A model generated the notes under the pieces. The model ran no database searches. It worked only from the letters and a program-made list of their open reading frames with translations, and was not told the DNA's origin. From Balanoglossus misakiensis (taxonomy: Eukaryota > Animalia > Hemichordata), in the NCBI GenBank assembly GCA_040954595.2, contig CM082583.2:156542-220541 (forward strand): a DNA stretch of 64,000 nucleotides, given 5' to 3'. Shown here one piece after another: positions 1 to 14,779 of this stretch. Within the stretch, counting starts at the first letter, position 1, and every line of letters starts with the position of its first letter. The translations under genes were made by a program, and so were the position numbers.

Positions 1-689
1 CTATTATCGACCAATTTCATGGCTCTGTATTTCAAAAACAAGCGCGGTGACCCCTATATTTTATTACGGATTTTCATTATACATACAAAAGAGAATAAAA
101 AAATCCACAATTAAAAAAAATGACAATACTTTCCATTTTATTGAACGTACATCCTTAATGTTACTTAGGTAGTGGAGCACCAAAACCCAAATTTTCATAT
201 CGATTGTGTATTTTGTGATAAAAGCACCAAACTTGGCTCAGATGTGTGTTAATGTGTACTGAACAAATTCAGATAGCGAGTCACTAAATATCTGTTGAAG
301 AGTTTCCATGGCAACCAATTTTTTTTCAAAATGGCCGCAAATACAGATAATCACACCTGTTAAACATCAAAATAAATTCAGATTACAATATTTGAAACAA
401 GAAACTACGGAAAGAATGGTTTGCAATAGAACTATGGTTATTAAACTACAAATGTACTTATAAGGGTAACTAAGGGATCAAAATACAGGTGCAACTTTCA
501 ATCCCTGGTACTCGCATTAGTATAGGTGCTCCCCCTAGTTAAACATTACGGCTAGTTGCGATATTTAACTTGAAGTACGTAAATTACACACACACGAATC
601 GCAACAGTTAGCGAGTCACTAAATATCTATTGAAGAGTGACTATGCAGTATTCAAGATCCACCCTTTCCACAATACGTGTGAACTTCTA

Positions 690-2650
690 CTCTCTACATG
701 GAATGTCCGCTCAGCTAGATGCAAATCATTAGACATTGCAGACTACATCACAGATAAAGAAATTGATATTCTTGTACTCACTGAAACATGGTTGAAGGAA
801 TCTGGTGACGAACACGTAATGGCTGAATGTACACCACCAGGCTATGCTGTCAAACATCTACCTGGGGTTGGCAAGATCGGTGGAGGCTTAGCTTAAATTC
901 ATAAGCTAGCACTAAAATAAACAGCTTGGAAGCCTATTCTCTCTGTTAAATCTTTTGAGGCAGCGGAAGCAACTATTCTTCACCAGAAACTTTCCATGAA
1001 AATAATTCTTGTCTACCGTCCACCACCATCAGTTAATAATAAATTCACCGCACCACAGTTCATGGAAGAGTTCAGTACAACACTTGAGAAGTATGTCACC
1101 TGCTCAAGTAATCTCTTCATCGTAGGAGATTTCAATATTCACCTAGAAGATGATAAGAATCCAGTAACACAGAAATTCAATGGAATCATCAGCGCCTGTA
1201 ATCTGAAACAATGGGTCCAACAACCAACACACAGAAAGGGTCATACTCTTGATCTCATCTTATCTAACTCTGCGTCTAACATCAAGAGTGTCTCTGTAGA
1301 CTGCTTGGAACTCTCTGATCACAATTCTGTCAATGCAAAACTTGCTCTTCCGAAACCAACACACAGTAGACGTCAAATATCTTATCGTCATATCTGCCAT
1401 TTCAATTGATAGTTTCAGCCATGATCTCGACAAAATACATCAAATGTCCTAGCCTCCAAATGACCTCTCCTCAGCCATATCAGCTTATAACCAACCCGTC
1501 AGTCTCCATCTAAAACACGTGTACTTGATCTCATCCCTACAGCACTTGATAAGCAATGTCTTGGTAATCTGCTCACTATCATAGCCACAATTATCAATTT
1601 GTCACTCAAAACTGGAACTGTTCCTGAATAACTTAAAATAGCAGTCATCACACCAATATACTCAAGAAACCTTCGCTCGACAAAAACATTTTCAAGAACT
1701 ATAGACCAGTTTCAAACCTAACCTTCCTGTCAAAAGTAATCGGGAAGATTGTAGCACAACAACTGACATCATATTTGACTACCAACTCACTACAAGAACC
1801 ACTGCAGTCAGCGTACCGAAAGGATCACAGTACCGAAACAGCACTTACTAAAGTCAACAACGATATTTGTATGGCACTGGATGCCGGTAAATGTGTACTC
1901 ATGGTTCTCCTCGATCTCTCCTCTGTGTTTGATACCATAGATCACGACACAATCATCTCAAGGTTATCAAAACTGGGCATCACCAACATCGCACTACAAT
2001 GGTTCTCATCATATCTTAAGAACAGACAGCAGTTTGTATGGCCCAATGTCAGAACCTCAATATCTACAATATGGAGTACCACACGGTTCAGTGCTTGGCC
2101 CACTTTTGTTCTGCAGCTACATCCAACCACTTGCTCAACTTATTTGTCACCACAACATCAATTTTCACCAATATGCCGATGACAACCAACTATACCAATA
2201 TTTCTTCCAGTTAGACACCATAAGTACATTAGACAAGATGGAAAGGGCAGTTCACGAAATAAAAACCTGGATGACACATAATAAACTTCAACTAAATGTT
2301 GGCAAACCCGAGGTACTCCTGATAAGGTCTCAGTTCAACCGCTCGCCTCGTCCCATAAACCACATGAGCATTGGATCATGTTGTGTTCAAATTGTGAATT
2401 CTGCACGGAATATAGGTGTGACATTCGACGACAATTACACTTTCAATAAGCACATTAATGCAATTTGCAAGTCAATTTTCTTCCATCTGCGTCAAATCAG
2501 CCACATTCGCCGTTACCTCACTAAGGAAGTTTGCCAGATGCTGGTTCATGCTCTAATCACATCAAAACTGGACTACTGCAATGCAATACTCTGTGGTTTA
2601 CCATCATCATGCATTCAACCGCTACAGCATGCCCTGAATTCTGCAGCCAC
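690..2650 (+). mobile_element. Decayed L2/CR1-group LINE ORF2 (APE endonuclease plus RT), 3'-truncated
   Basis: APE motifs WNVRS, LTETW, VYRPP, GDFNIH, PTH...GHTLDL, SDH; RT motifs [41 protein letters not shown]; stops and frameshifts between fragments. Confidence 0.92.
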
Positions 2651-3159
2651 CATGGCCTCCTTCACAAAAACCTCACCAGACCCCATAATGCCTCCATCTC
2701 TTACACCACACCTTATACCCACCACAAATCCTAGCCATCACCCAACCTATCATAGCCCAAACAATCCAAACCCAATCAAAATTGACCCTAGCCCCACTTA
2801 TCAAGCCATCAATGCTCAACGGCAACCCAAATAACACTTAACTTAAAGATTGGCATAAATCCAAACTCATACCACTGCGACCCCAAATATACAACACAAA
2901 GACTCAATCACGAACCAATACCTACCATTTGTAGCAAATACACGACCAAAGATTTGATCCCATCTATCATCCATATATCATCAGAAAGTTGGGACGATGA
3001 GCAATGGGGCAGAGACTGATCATCAAAAATTTGAGACAGGGAATTCCAACAAATGAGATCATTAAGTTAAATATGCAAAGCAAATCAGAAAAGAGAATCA
3101 GAAGATTTTCTCCGAAGGACACCTTGCAAATTCATGATTGGAAAGACACTGCAGTCACA

Positions 3160-4350
3160 TGTTTATTGTAGTGTCCAAACACTAGTGAGCATCTATACTT
3201 TATACATTCTGTAAAATGACGTAATGCAACATTCGGGTCATTATGAATAAAGTGCGTGAATGAGGCTAGGCACTCTCACTCTTACATGCCGGACTTGGTG
3301 TCTCATGTTGTCATTATTGCCCACCCACGATTCTATATTTGGCGACGAGGACGGAGAACATGGAGAATCAGCTAGCCGTCAATGCCGAGTTTTCCTGTTC
3401 ATTCAGTCTCGACAACCACCAGTACGAGATGGAAAAAGTACATGGTTAGAGTAGAAAACGCATTTGTCGCATTCAACATTACAGATGACAAGCGACAACG
3501 TGCACTGCTATTGCACTGGGCAGGTGAGGAAGTTTCCGACTTCTTTGATACTCTACCAGATACAGGAACTAGCTGTGAAACAGCCAAATTAAAGCTTTCG
3601 TCATACTTCTCACCCAAACGGAACATTGAATACGAACGATTTATCTTCAGAGACACCATACAAAACAACGGCGAATCGATTGATGCCTATCACACTTGTT
3701 TGCAACGCCTAGCAGAAACATATGTGACTTCACCAATAAGGATCAAGAGGTCAAATCACAAATCATACGAGGATTCACATCAGCCCGTCTCAGACGTCGT
3801 GCTCTTCGGGAGGAGACGACACTAGAGAATCTACTGAGTACAGCCTGTTCATTTGAGGTATCAGAGGTTCAGGCTAGTGGGATTGAGGAGAAAACCCAAA
3901 ATTATGGTGCAGATACGGCATCTGTGAATGCGGTCAGAAAACAGCGCCACCAACGCCCGAAACCAAATAAACAAAAGAGAGCTCATCAGCAGCCAGCGAA
4001 AGGACCGTCCACTTGTTATTATTGTGGTGGCACCTATCCACATGACTCAGTATGTCCAGCTAAAGGCAAGTCATGCAGGAAGTGTGGCAAACCTAACTAT
4101 TTTGCCAAATGCTACCGATCAAAAGGCAAGGCAAATAGGGTAGACAAGGATGAAACTGTCAAAGCTGTGCATAAAGTGGAAGACAGCTCGGGAGATGAAT
4201 ACTGCTTCACTGTACAACAATCAAATGGCAGGAGGCCTCAAGTAACAGTGCAGATAGAACAAACAGCAGTTGCCTCACTGATCGACCCTGGTTCTACAAT
4301 AAACATGATGAGTGTAAACACATACAACAACCTAAAGAACAAACCCATGT
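3160..4350 (+). mobile_element. 5' fragment of a Mag-like Ty3/Gypsy element (LTR remnant, PBS, frameshifted gag, start of protease)
   Basis: PBS TGGCGACGAGGA at 3340-3351; gag RWKKY...RALLLHWAG; double knuckle CYYCGGTYPHDSVCPAKGKSCRKCGKPNYFAKC; degenerate protease LIDPGST; no RT. The left boundary is approximate. Confidence 0.85.
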
Positions 4351-6019
4351 GGCAAACAGAAAGCCCGTTTTACCACTGTCAGCAGTGCATTATTGAGTAT
4401 TTTAGCATCGCTGGATTTAGCTCTCGTCCAATCAGAATTGCAGACGGTAGCATGATATAATATAATTGAGAATAAATCTCGCGACAAGTGTACAGTTTGA
4501 CAATGTACACAGATAATCCGTTTCAACAATGTTTCCTTTGTAGTGTGAATAAAACTGCACACTTTGCAAGTTTTCAACTTCAAAACACTATGGCTATTAC
4601 AGAGACAAAGCTGCTAATATACAGTGTATACCTGTCATTTTTGTTTGTGGTGAGATTTTCATTGGCACAGTCGCACAGAGCTCACACAAGAGGAAGTTAC
4701 ACTTTCTGTTGAATTCACTGCATCCTGCTAACTTTAAGTCATATATCCAGTGAAACATTAAGTTATAGAATTTTCCATCGCAGTATTCTGTTTTATATAC
4801 ATGTATAGCAGTCCCACACATATTGATTAATTTGACAAAAGAAACTGACTGACAATTTTCACAGCGCTCCCAGTATAGCATCCTTGGCAGGTGCACGTCA
4901 ATGCCCCACACGAGGTTAGGGTTGGCAAGTGCTGCCATTTTGACATGGGTTGTTAGCACTGATCAATTCCTACGCATGACAGAAAAATGAAGAATTAGGC
5001 TATGGGCCGGACCTGCCTATCGTTTCAAAATGCACTCTGTATATTAAGGTTTATTTCTTTTACATAAAAACAAGTCTTCTTGCTCTAATATGATAAAAGA
5101 AAAAAAACTTCAACTTAAATATTGCGTCCTCAGAGGTAATATCGAGCCCTAAAAATCAGGTATGCTAATGCGGTTAAAGGTCGTGCAGTTCTCCTTATAA
5201 CAAGCGATCTTATTGGTGGTTACGTGACTGCACCAATCACAGAATGCGTTATGTCACTCAGCAATTACACACGCAGGGCAAACTATCAGGCAGCTACATG
5301 TATACTAGTATACATGTTACAGAAGATTAAACAGAATTGTTGGTAAGGAAAGTTTGAGCAGACTAGTCCATTCAATGTAAAAAATGGTGCTGATTCCAAA
5401 AAAGTCAGTCTTATTGACCCCTTTCAAGACAAAATTGCCATTTTTGCCACTTTTAACCCAAAAGGTCATTTAAAAAACACTCAAAACACACTGTTTTCAT
5501 CACATTCGGAGATCTGATGACATTTGAGGATTATGCGGAAACAGTGACACACCAGAATAAAAATTACAGGTGACATTTGCAAGCAGATATGATCTGACCA
5601 TATAGAAATATGGAATGTAAAAACATTAACAAGGAACATGCCCAATAAACTGTCATGTGTCATGGCAGTCTTACAAGTGGTGCTAGAAAAAAAAAATGAC
5701 CAAAAATTGTCTGTACAAACACATATGCGAAGCAACTTCTTTCAGTCAGCCCTGGAACAGACACACACTGACCTGCCACTGGTAATTAAAATTTGATAGC
5801 TGGTGGTCTCTGTAACAGCTGGCCTATTTAAGTTATGTAAACATGTCTTTGTTCGAGGTAACAACTCCTTGTAAATAGTAACTTTAAAAACAACTGGACA
5901 ATTTGTTTAGGAGAAGATTTGCTAACCAAAAACTAAGAAACTTACCAAAAAAACTCGCTAAATATTTAATCTTTCTGATCTCAGAACTGAATAAAAGTTG
6001 CACATATACAGGTATGTGT

Positions 6020-6898
6020 TATGAAATTATATCCTAAATTTCAAAGTAATCAGAGAAAAAACTAATTTCAAAGCAATCCAACAAGCAGTTTCACAGAAAA
6101 TATTTGTTCAAAAGTGGCAAAAACACAAATATGCAAATATCACCAAAATTGTACAATATCTTACTTCAATCACTACAAGGAACATGCTGCCTAAGTTCAA
6201 TGCAATAGGACAAGCGGTTTCAGAGAAAACAATTTTTGACAAAAATTGCAAAAGTTTCCCCGATAACACATTTATGCAAATATCTTTTTTTTTACAACAT
6301 ATTATTTAGGTTACCCCTACGAACATGCCTACCAAATTGGAAAGCAATCTGGCATGAGGTTTTAAAGAAAAACATTTTTTGACCAAAAATGGCAAATATT
6401 GCTCAAAATTATAGATATGCAAATTTTGCAACAATTTGAACAAAACTATGGTTACTTAGACAACATTAGGAGGCTTCATACTAAATTTCAAAGACTTTTT
6501 ACCAATAACATGGAAAAATACAAAAAAATGCAAAAAAAATAGGAAATCGATAATATTAGCTCAAAACATACAGGATTGTATGAGGTTGATATAAGGTACA
6601 TGCATACCAATTTTCAAATCAATATGACCAGTGGTTGTCCAGTTTTTAAGTTTTGACCAATTTCACATTTTCCCAGCTAATTTGCATATTTTTGGCAATG
6701 ACATCTTCATTTGAACAAACTCCCATCTACAGCCCTGCCTGCATCTACACGCCAAATATCGAGGTCATACGCGCTGCGGTTTTCAAGTTTTCGATGTGGA
6801 CGGACATACAGACATACATCCATCCATCCATCCATCCATACATACAGACGTAACCAATCCCATAAGGTCCCATGGTACATACCAATGGGACCTAAAAA
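6020..6898 (+). mobile_element. Probable Helentron/HINE-like non-autonomous element (also near 22530-23408 and 50420-51286)
   Basis: Degenerate internal tandem repeats (AAATTTCAAAGCAATC...TTTTGACCAAAAA), a CATA/CATC microsatellite, then hairpin AGGTCCCATGGTA-CA-TACCAATGGGACCT (6865-6893) before an A run. The left boundary is uncertain. Confidence 0.5.
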
Positions 6899-9800
6899 CT
6901 TGTGACTTACATGTAACACATGTTTGCCCAGTGTAGCAGGTTGGACAGTTGCAGGTGTAGATTGAGCAGGAGCCTTGAAGTGGCTGATACACTCCGTTAT
7001 TCAGACATGGGTTTAGAAGACACTGGTTGATCGCTAAGGGTGAGAGAAATGAAAAGTATCACATTAGGGTCTTACACACTTGAGTGGGAAGTGAAATCTG
7101 TAGCAGACTGTCAGAAGATTGCACATCCGTGTGATCATGTTCATGTGTGAAGGATAATGAAGACCACTTGATCCAAGCTTGGTGCTACCATCTTTATCAT
7201 AATTACAGCATCTTATAATATTTACTAGTTGGGGGTGGGGTGGGGTGGGGGTGGGGGTAGTTGATGTCATAACTTTCTGATGTTTCAATTTACGGTTGGA
7301 AAAATAGCAACATCTACTCTGATGAGCATTTGAGTCAATGAAAGTATACATCATGGCTACGGTAGTGCATATAAGTCTCTTGGTTAGCTGCACAATCACA
7401 GGCAACTTTATTGAGACAATATCAATGACAAAGCCCAGCGATTTCTACTTTGTGCGGCAAATCTGACACTGGTTTGCTTACGTTCAGCGCACGTGGTTCC
7501 GATGAAACAGCGCGAACTCTGGCATCTGAACTCGGTGCAGGACACTTGCTGGCAGAATCCACTGTTTAGACAAGGGTTGGGCTGACACGGATTCAAATCT
7601 GTGCACAGAAGAGAAAGTGATATAAATTGTGTACAGTTAATATTTACTACATATACTTTAAACAGATTTGTGCAGTCAGGGTTGAGTGGTAAAAATCTCA
7701 GTTGGTCAACAGAACATCACTGTGACAAATTTCTTCCATGTTCAACAAAAGAAACGTAATGAAATTTTGACACAGGTGTAATAGTGTCTTAGTGTACCAT
7801 ACGGTGCAGGTTGTTGTTTGGTCAAATACACAATCCCCTTTTATGGCACACACATTCTTAATAAATTTCCCCAAAATTGTGTCGTTATTTACTGTTTGAT
7901 ACAGGTTGGAAGAAACCAACTGCAAGCCGATTATGTGTTATGTTATTATGTTCCTCTTCATCTGAAATTTAAAATCACTCACATGTCTGACATAAATCGC
8001 CGGAGTAACAGCTTGTACAGGAGCATGTGAATTCAGTACACCAATTGGGCGTCAGCACACAGTTTCCACCATTCTGACACTGGATGGGTTGACACTGGTT
8101 GACAGCTGTGGGATGTGCAGTCAAGATATTGTCAAAATTACAGAATCTACAAACTACACTCCACAGTCATGTACATGTATACATGACAACAACCAAAGGG
8201 CTGTTTTGAAAAACCAAATGCTGTGAAATCCTTTAGAGTGTGACAAGAAACCACAGTTGCAACCGAAAACAAAAATAGTGATAACATTAAGCTAGCCCAA
8301 AGTTTGAGTTACCAGGGCTTTAATATGTGTACCGTACTTATATTATATAATACATAACAAGTGTTTTGCATTGAATAAAATAATATTGGTTTGTACTTAC
8401 GCATTGTACATGTGGCACCAGTGAAGCATTCGGTACACATACAGTCAAACAGGAAACAGCCGTCTCGCGCAACGCATGTGCCACCATTTTGACAAGGCAT
8501 AGAGTATAACTGATCAATGGCTGCCAAAACAAAAATGAAAGTATCAATTACCTGCTTGTCAAAAACTTGTACATGTACTTGTGATGTTCATTTCGTTTAA
8601 ATATGTGAGCAATGTCTTCATTCCTTGTTTCAAACCTGTACATTTAAAATAACATAATGATGCTATTGCTAGGATTTTTCTGTAAGAATCTTGAAAAATT
8701 AAAAAATGTGCCGTCAACATGATACAGAAGGCTTTCCTTTTTAACGTGCACCTCACACTCAATTTTGACCCTACATCAGCAAATTTTGAAAGGATGAAAC
8801 TTAGTAATGCTTCCACCCCATTTATTGGTGTATGGGTCCATCTATCACATTGAGAATACCAAAAATGAGGGTTTATATACCACGCTGTGTCATAAAACAG
8901 TAATTCGACACACCTACGGCACAGATGGCCCCAGTCCAACACTACTGGCAGTAACAGGTGTAGTCAGTATAAGAATTTGGTGTTTGGGAACAATAGCCTC
9001 CATTTTGACACGGATTCTGATCACATGGGTTAATGACTATCAGAAAAAAAATAGTTTAAAAAACATGAAATGCAGATGGCTACACCTCAACCAAAGATGA
9101 TTCCTGCACCACAACAAAATCCTTTGACACAAGCATTATACTGGAACCATACCCAGAACACGCATTAAGTATATGATGAAGGGACAATGTCTCTATTTTG
9201 GGTAATACAGTAAAACCTGTCTTTATGGACACCTCTCTAATCAGAACACCTAGTAAGATTGATTTTTCAAGCCAAATAGTAAGGATAATTAAGGACGTCT
9301 CTTTTACTTAATACTCAGATGTGTGCACCACCTTAGGAGAGATTACCTCATATGCACAATTATCTCTACAGACACTAGTCTTCAAGAGGCAACTCTTGTA
9401 TATTTGAGTGATGAAAACATCCAGCTTCGTACACTTCCTCACAAGTTCGTGCCTATCCTAAATTGCACGGACATACAAATGAAATTTCTGTTTTCTTTTC
9501 TCTTGTGGAAATTTTAGAAATGAGAAGTTACCACACAATTCAATTGCCATGAAGAGAAAGTGCCCAAAAGATTGTCATTTACGGTACGTCAGAAACTTAC
9601 ATATTTCACAACGGTTACCCTCATAGCAACCAGTACAGGCACAGGTATATGCCGTGCAGGAGTTGGCCACTGCATTACATACAGCCCCGTTGAGACAGCT
9701 GTTTCGCTGGTATGGATCTTGGACTGCAATAAAAAGTGCAACCTAATGTTATCTCAGCAATATTTACTTTCAAAATCTGTTTGATAAAAACATCATCATT

Positions 9801-11158
9801 ACCATTACTGTAAATACTGAACGGAACTTCACTTCCAAAAACAACTTGCTCATTCTGGGACGCACTTGTGGGGCTATGAAAATCTCTGTATATGTATCTT
9901 GTGTAGGGAAAATTTTCATGAACGATCAACATTTTTTTCTTCAAATAAACATGTTTTCTTTCAGTTGTACATCATTTTTGAGGTGAACGATTCCCAAGGC
10001 CCAAGGTGTGATGCTGAAGATGAAAATATAAAGTATGACCAACAGACAATGTATTGAGACATGATTGTAAATGTTAGTTCCTGCATGACAAAATGTTTGT
10101 TTTAATGAGTTTTACACTGGCTGCAGTGTGTGCCGGTGAAACATCCTGGACAAGTACACTCATAAGTTGTACACGACAGCCGAGTACACTGCCCATTGTT
10201 CAGGCATGGACTTGGCCTACATGGAGTTTGTTCTGTTTCAATGGAATGAAAATAAATAAATAGTAGTGACATAAGTTTTTAGGGTATGACCATTTCCTTA
10301 ATTCCTACAGCTGTGGTTCTATCGGGTTCTCCTATAACTAAGCCTCCTTAATGTATAACTGAACAATAAGAATTACTTATTATACTTTTGGGAGTTTAGG
10401 ACTTAGTAATTGCAAAAAAAGACTCAATTCCTGAAAGTGCCTATTTGGTTTGTCACATCCTAAATATACAGGTAATTTCATAGCTGCCAGCTATGACAAA
10501 TATACCGGTATGAGGGGGGAAAAACAGTTCCTCGTCTGATAAATTTACCTTGGTCACAGGTGATTCCAATGATAAGGCCTTGACAGCGACAGGTAAACGC
10601 ACTGCACGATCCACTGATTGGCTCACAGATACCGTTGTTCATGCACGGATTGGGAGAACATTGATCGAGTCCTGGGGGTTGCATGTAAATCAACCAACAA
10701 TTGCATATTAACATCACAAGTCATTTCACTATTTTTTCATTCCAAACTTGAAAGATTGCTTGTAACTTGCTGAACAAATATTCATATGGACAGACTATTC
10801 TAGCTTGGAACAGGCAAAATCAAGGGTGCCCTGACGCCCAACTTTTAAGAGCAGTTCATTTACTGAAACTGCCAGCACCCAATATTATCCCACATGTAAT
10901 CAATATGTGGAAATCAAATACATCTGTAACAGTTTTAATTTACCATGTGGGTATTTGCATGGAGGGCCATAGTATTTGTTACCTACTGATAAAATACCCT
11001 TCAAAACAATATCCTCATTTCTACAGAAGTTTGGCAACAAGACCAATAAAGTTTCACATCAAAATTTACAATGTATAAATAAGCTTAAAAGATCTACGGA
11101 ATGAAGATGGCTTGTTTGTTTGCAGGGTGTCTTGAAAGTATATACTCACTTGTTTGAC

Positions 11159-12044
11159 CATGGACCCTAGAGAAAGAAGGACGCGCAACTCCATTTTTTT
11201 CTTGAAATGATGTTCTTTTGCATACATTATTTCCAGATAAATCCCAATAATCCAATTTGCAAATAAACTGTGTATAAACTAACGCAAAGTCTCGTGTTTT
11301 GTGTGAAGTTATCACAACACCTCAGAACATCTCGCAGAAGACGAGAAAACTGCAACGTGGTTGAACGCAGCGATTATTTATGGAACACATCTGGACAAGT
11401 TAAACAGGAATTTGAATCTGAGTCTGACAGCGTCCAAAACAAGCATCTTTTGTCTAACAGTCCGGGTATTTCACAAGGCTGTGAGCTAACCGTACCGAGG
11501 GTTGCCTGGCGGCCATAGCGCACACATGATAATCCACCCAGTTTGTTTACCAATTGTTTTCGTGAAATCTGTTTTATTGTTCACGCACTGCGAAATAAAA
11601 TGCCCCTAAACCACAATTTTTATTTCAATGCTTCACGCAAACATAAAATTATTACGAAAAGTGTCAGCGTTACTAAGAAATATGAGTGCCCAGTCGGACA
11701 TGCAAAAAACATGGATGATTTGTTTACAATTTTTAAATGAAGCTTGTGGCACTAGAAATGACCGTTCAACCGACAGACGAACACCAAACCATAATAATTA
11801 GCACAGACATCGTAATACTTTTAGAAATTTAGAAAAAAACGCAGTGGCTGCTGAAATGCAGTAGTGCCAGTTTGGTGGCAAGTTTTCGCATCACTGGTGG
11901 GGTCGACACGTGCCGAAGTAAGGAAGTCATTGTCCGACTGTCCTGGGTGTTAATTATATACAAAAAAAACATCATCATACAGATAATCCCCAAACCCTTT
12001 GATCTTTGCCGCAGTTGCTCGCCCTTCTTTCTCTAGGGTCTATG
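11159..12044. mobile_element. Non-autonomous DNA transposon (P-like termini) inserted in an EGF exon
   Basis: TIR CATRGACCCTAGAGAAAGAAGG; GTTTGAC duplicated at 11152-11158 and 12045-12051. An alternative reading gives CC...GG ends with a 5-bp TTTGA TSD. Confidence 0.8.
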
Positions 12045-14779
12045 GTTTGACAGATGTCACCTGTGTAAGAGTTCACACACTGGCATGAATAGAAATTGCA
12101 CGATGTTTGCTGGCAAAATCCACCATTCATACATGGGTTGGGATCACAGGGGTTTTGCACTGGAAATTAAGAAAGGACGCCATTTTATTCCTTGCTACTC
12201 ATTCTACAGTACAGATATGGCAAAAACCTTGCAGAATTATGGCAAGGGTGTGTGGAGTGATTGTGCCTACAACTTATATTAGGCTGGTATCAAGTTGTTC
12301 ACACCTCCATAGATCACGTGGCAGTGACTGTGAGGCAAGGGCTTCCCTTCATGAAATCAAAGACCTGTGTACTGGAGGAGGGTTCCTTGCAAATGCTTGA
12401 CTTGACTTCAAGCACACCTGTAGACTCATATGTAAATTTACACTATCTGGCCTGGAGTGAGAATTTCCATAGTGGATGTGTGTTGACAAAAGGCAGTAAA
12501 ATTGGCCAGTCGCGCATAATGTTTCTTGAACCAAGACAATCAAGACATTATGCGCCACGAAAGTGATTTTGAAGCTCAAGAAGTGCAGGTGACTGATGTT
12601 GACGTACCCCGGTGACGTACATGAAAAGTGAACAGACAGTTTTAAAATTCATCGGCTATTTGTACAAATATCTCAGCTCCTGTACATCAAGGAAACATTT
12701 CGTAGTGAAACAGTTATATATAACACAAAGTACCAGGGTTCTCTCCCACAGGCCGACTTCTCGTACTGGCCGAGACCGACTTCTCATACTGGTTGACTTC
12801 TCAGGACACCATGTATAGCTAGCTGTTGAACTCAAAAAATATGTAAAACTACAAGTGATGTAAACAACTTGTGGAACCATGTTCAAATCGAGACAAGAAG
12901 AAAAGGGATTTCAAGACTTACCTCCTTCAGCACTTTACTGCCCTGTAGCGCACTGTGTGACACTTGTAGTTGTGCATTCATAACAAGAAGGACGTGGCCG
13001 AACCTAGCGAGTATGAACCTATCACAGAAAAAATTCAAAGAACGATTTTTACCACCATGGTTTGGTCCAACGATCCCTTATTAGAGAGATGTCCGTAATC
13101 ACAGGTTTTACTGTACAATACCTCTTCAGTGGAATCATTGTGTTTTTCAAAGTGCATCACAATATCAACTCCAATAAGCATAACAGTTTAATTTTCTGTG
13201 TATGCCATGCTATAACACAGGGAAGTCACAAGAGTGATTTGCAGCCCAACTTACCAGTAACTGTTGAACAATCCACTACGGGTGACATGGTTGGACACTT
13301 GGATCCCGCTGGACAAGGCGTGCATGTGCCGTCGCCTTCCATAGCATATTCACCATTGCCACAGTCGAGCGGATCTTACATTGGATCTGAACACGATTGT
13401 CCAGCAGGGCACAGAAGACAGGATGTGCGTGCAGGCTCCTCACTTATTTCATCTGATTAAAGAAAATGAGGTTTTTAGTGATGTATTTGTGATACAGTGT
13501 CATTTAAAATAACAAATTACTTGAGATGATTCACTTCATAATTCTGAGACAAGTATACAGGCATGTAGAAAATTCTTTGGAGGACATTAAACGTCATTTC
13601 TAATCAACCATTTTCTGAATATCATAAGACTCTGCGAGATCTCACATGGCTAACCGGGTCTCGCAAGATCTCGCACTGAGTTGATAATCTGTTGTAAACA
13701 CATACATACATACACACACACACACACATACCCCCAGTCGCACTGACTTGAAAATCTGTTGTAAACACATACATGCAAACACACATACCCCTCAGTTTCA
13801 TCACACAGCAAACTGAACAAGTACCACAATCTTACCATTTGTACATCTGGTACAGTTTGTTGCACCAGCCAATGACACGTAACCCTTGGTACACTTGAAT
13901 TGCGATGCACTGGGATCTATGCAGGCGTACCCTTGCTCACAAATAGTACAATGTTCAGCACCAGCTGATCTGTAAATCAAACAGAGAATTTACACACCAA
14001 GTTAACCTTTGAATACCACTGTAAAAATTTGGTGCAAATTTTAATTATTTTCATAAATAGAGGTCTATTCAAATTTGGAAAAATTGTCATTTTTTCATTC
14101 ATATATTATATCAGTAAATTTTAAATACAGAAATAGAAAATGATCCCATCCTATTTTTCAGTTAGTAAATTACCTGACCTAATGTTTGATGTTGGAAATA
14201 AAGGTGGGTGGGTAGAAGTTTACCTGTTATGCAAGAGGTACAGCGAGACATCCTTTGTCCAAGGCCGAACTGTAATAACCAGCCGAGCATAAAATCACAG
14301 TGTTACCATTTGGACATTGGTTACCAGCTGGGCAATCAGCACATGATGTTTGTGCTGAAAATAAACAGAGATTTATAGAATCTTATAGTCACAGTCATAC
14401 CTTCAAAGACGTGGGATTCTCACGCGGGTTGGGGAGACAAAAATCCCTGGCAAAAGATTGAGGACAGGAAAATGCCAATCCAGAGATATTGGTAACAGAA
14501 ACTGTGTACAGTCAATGCCATACGGCAGTGTGCTGTTCTAACAACAGACAAGATCGTGACGATCATAGTCTGTGTCGGAGATTTGGAAAAGAGCAAATTT
14601 GGTGAAAAGACGGGACAAAACAAAAGTCTACTTATACGATGCACATGAAAACTGGATGAAAGCGAAGCAGTCCACTATTTGAATGCATTGGATGTAAAAT
14701 TGGCAGAATATTTGGACTGGACGTAATGTTTGTACGCACAGAATTACGTACATGCACATAAGATGATCGTCCGCCTTAA

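Noticed and set aside
4400-6000. Short ORFs of 60-130 aa here and throughout the AT-rich intronic parts
   Set aside because: No recognisable motifs and mostly non-ATG starts; they recur only because the region is duplicated.
7230-7257. (GGGGT)n tract with G-quadruplex potential (also near 23740 and 51620)
   Set aside because: Simple intronic repeat with no evidence of function.
9206-13115. Inward-facing TA-CAGTAAAACCTGT... ends suggesting a 3.9-kb Pack-type transposon carrying exons
   Set aside because: Exons of the same gene continue collinearly on both sides; two independent Tigger/pogo-like MITE remnants are more likely.
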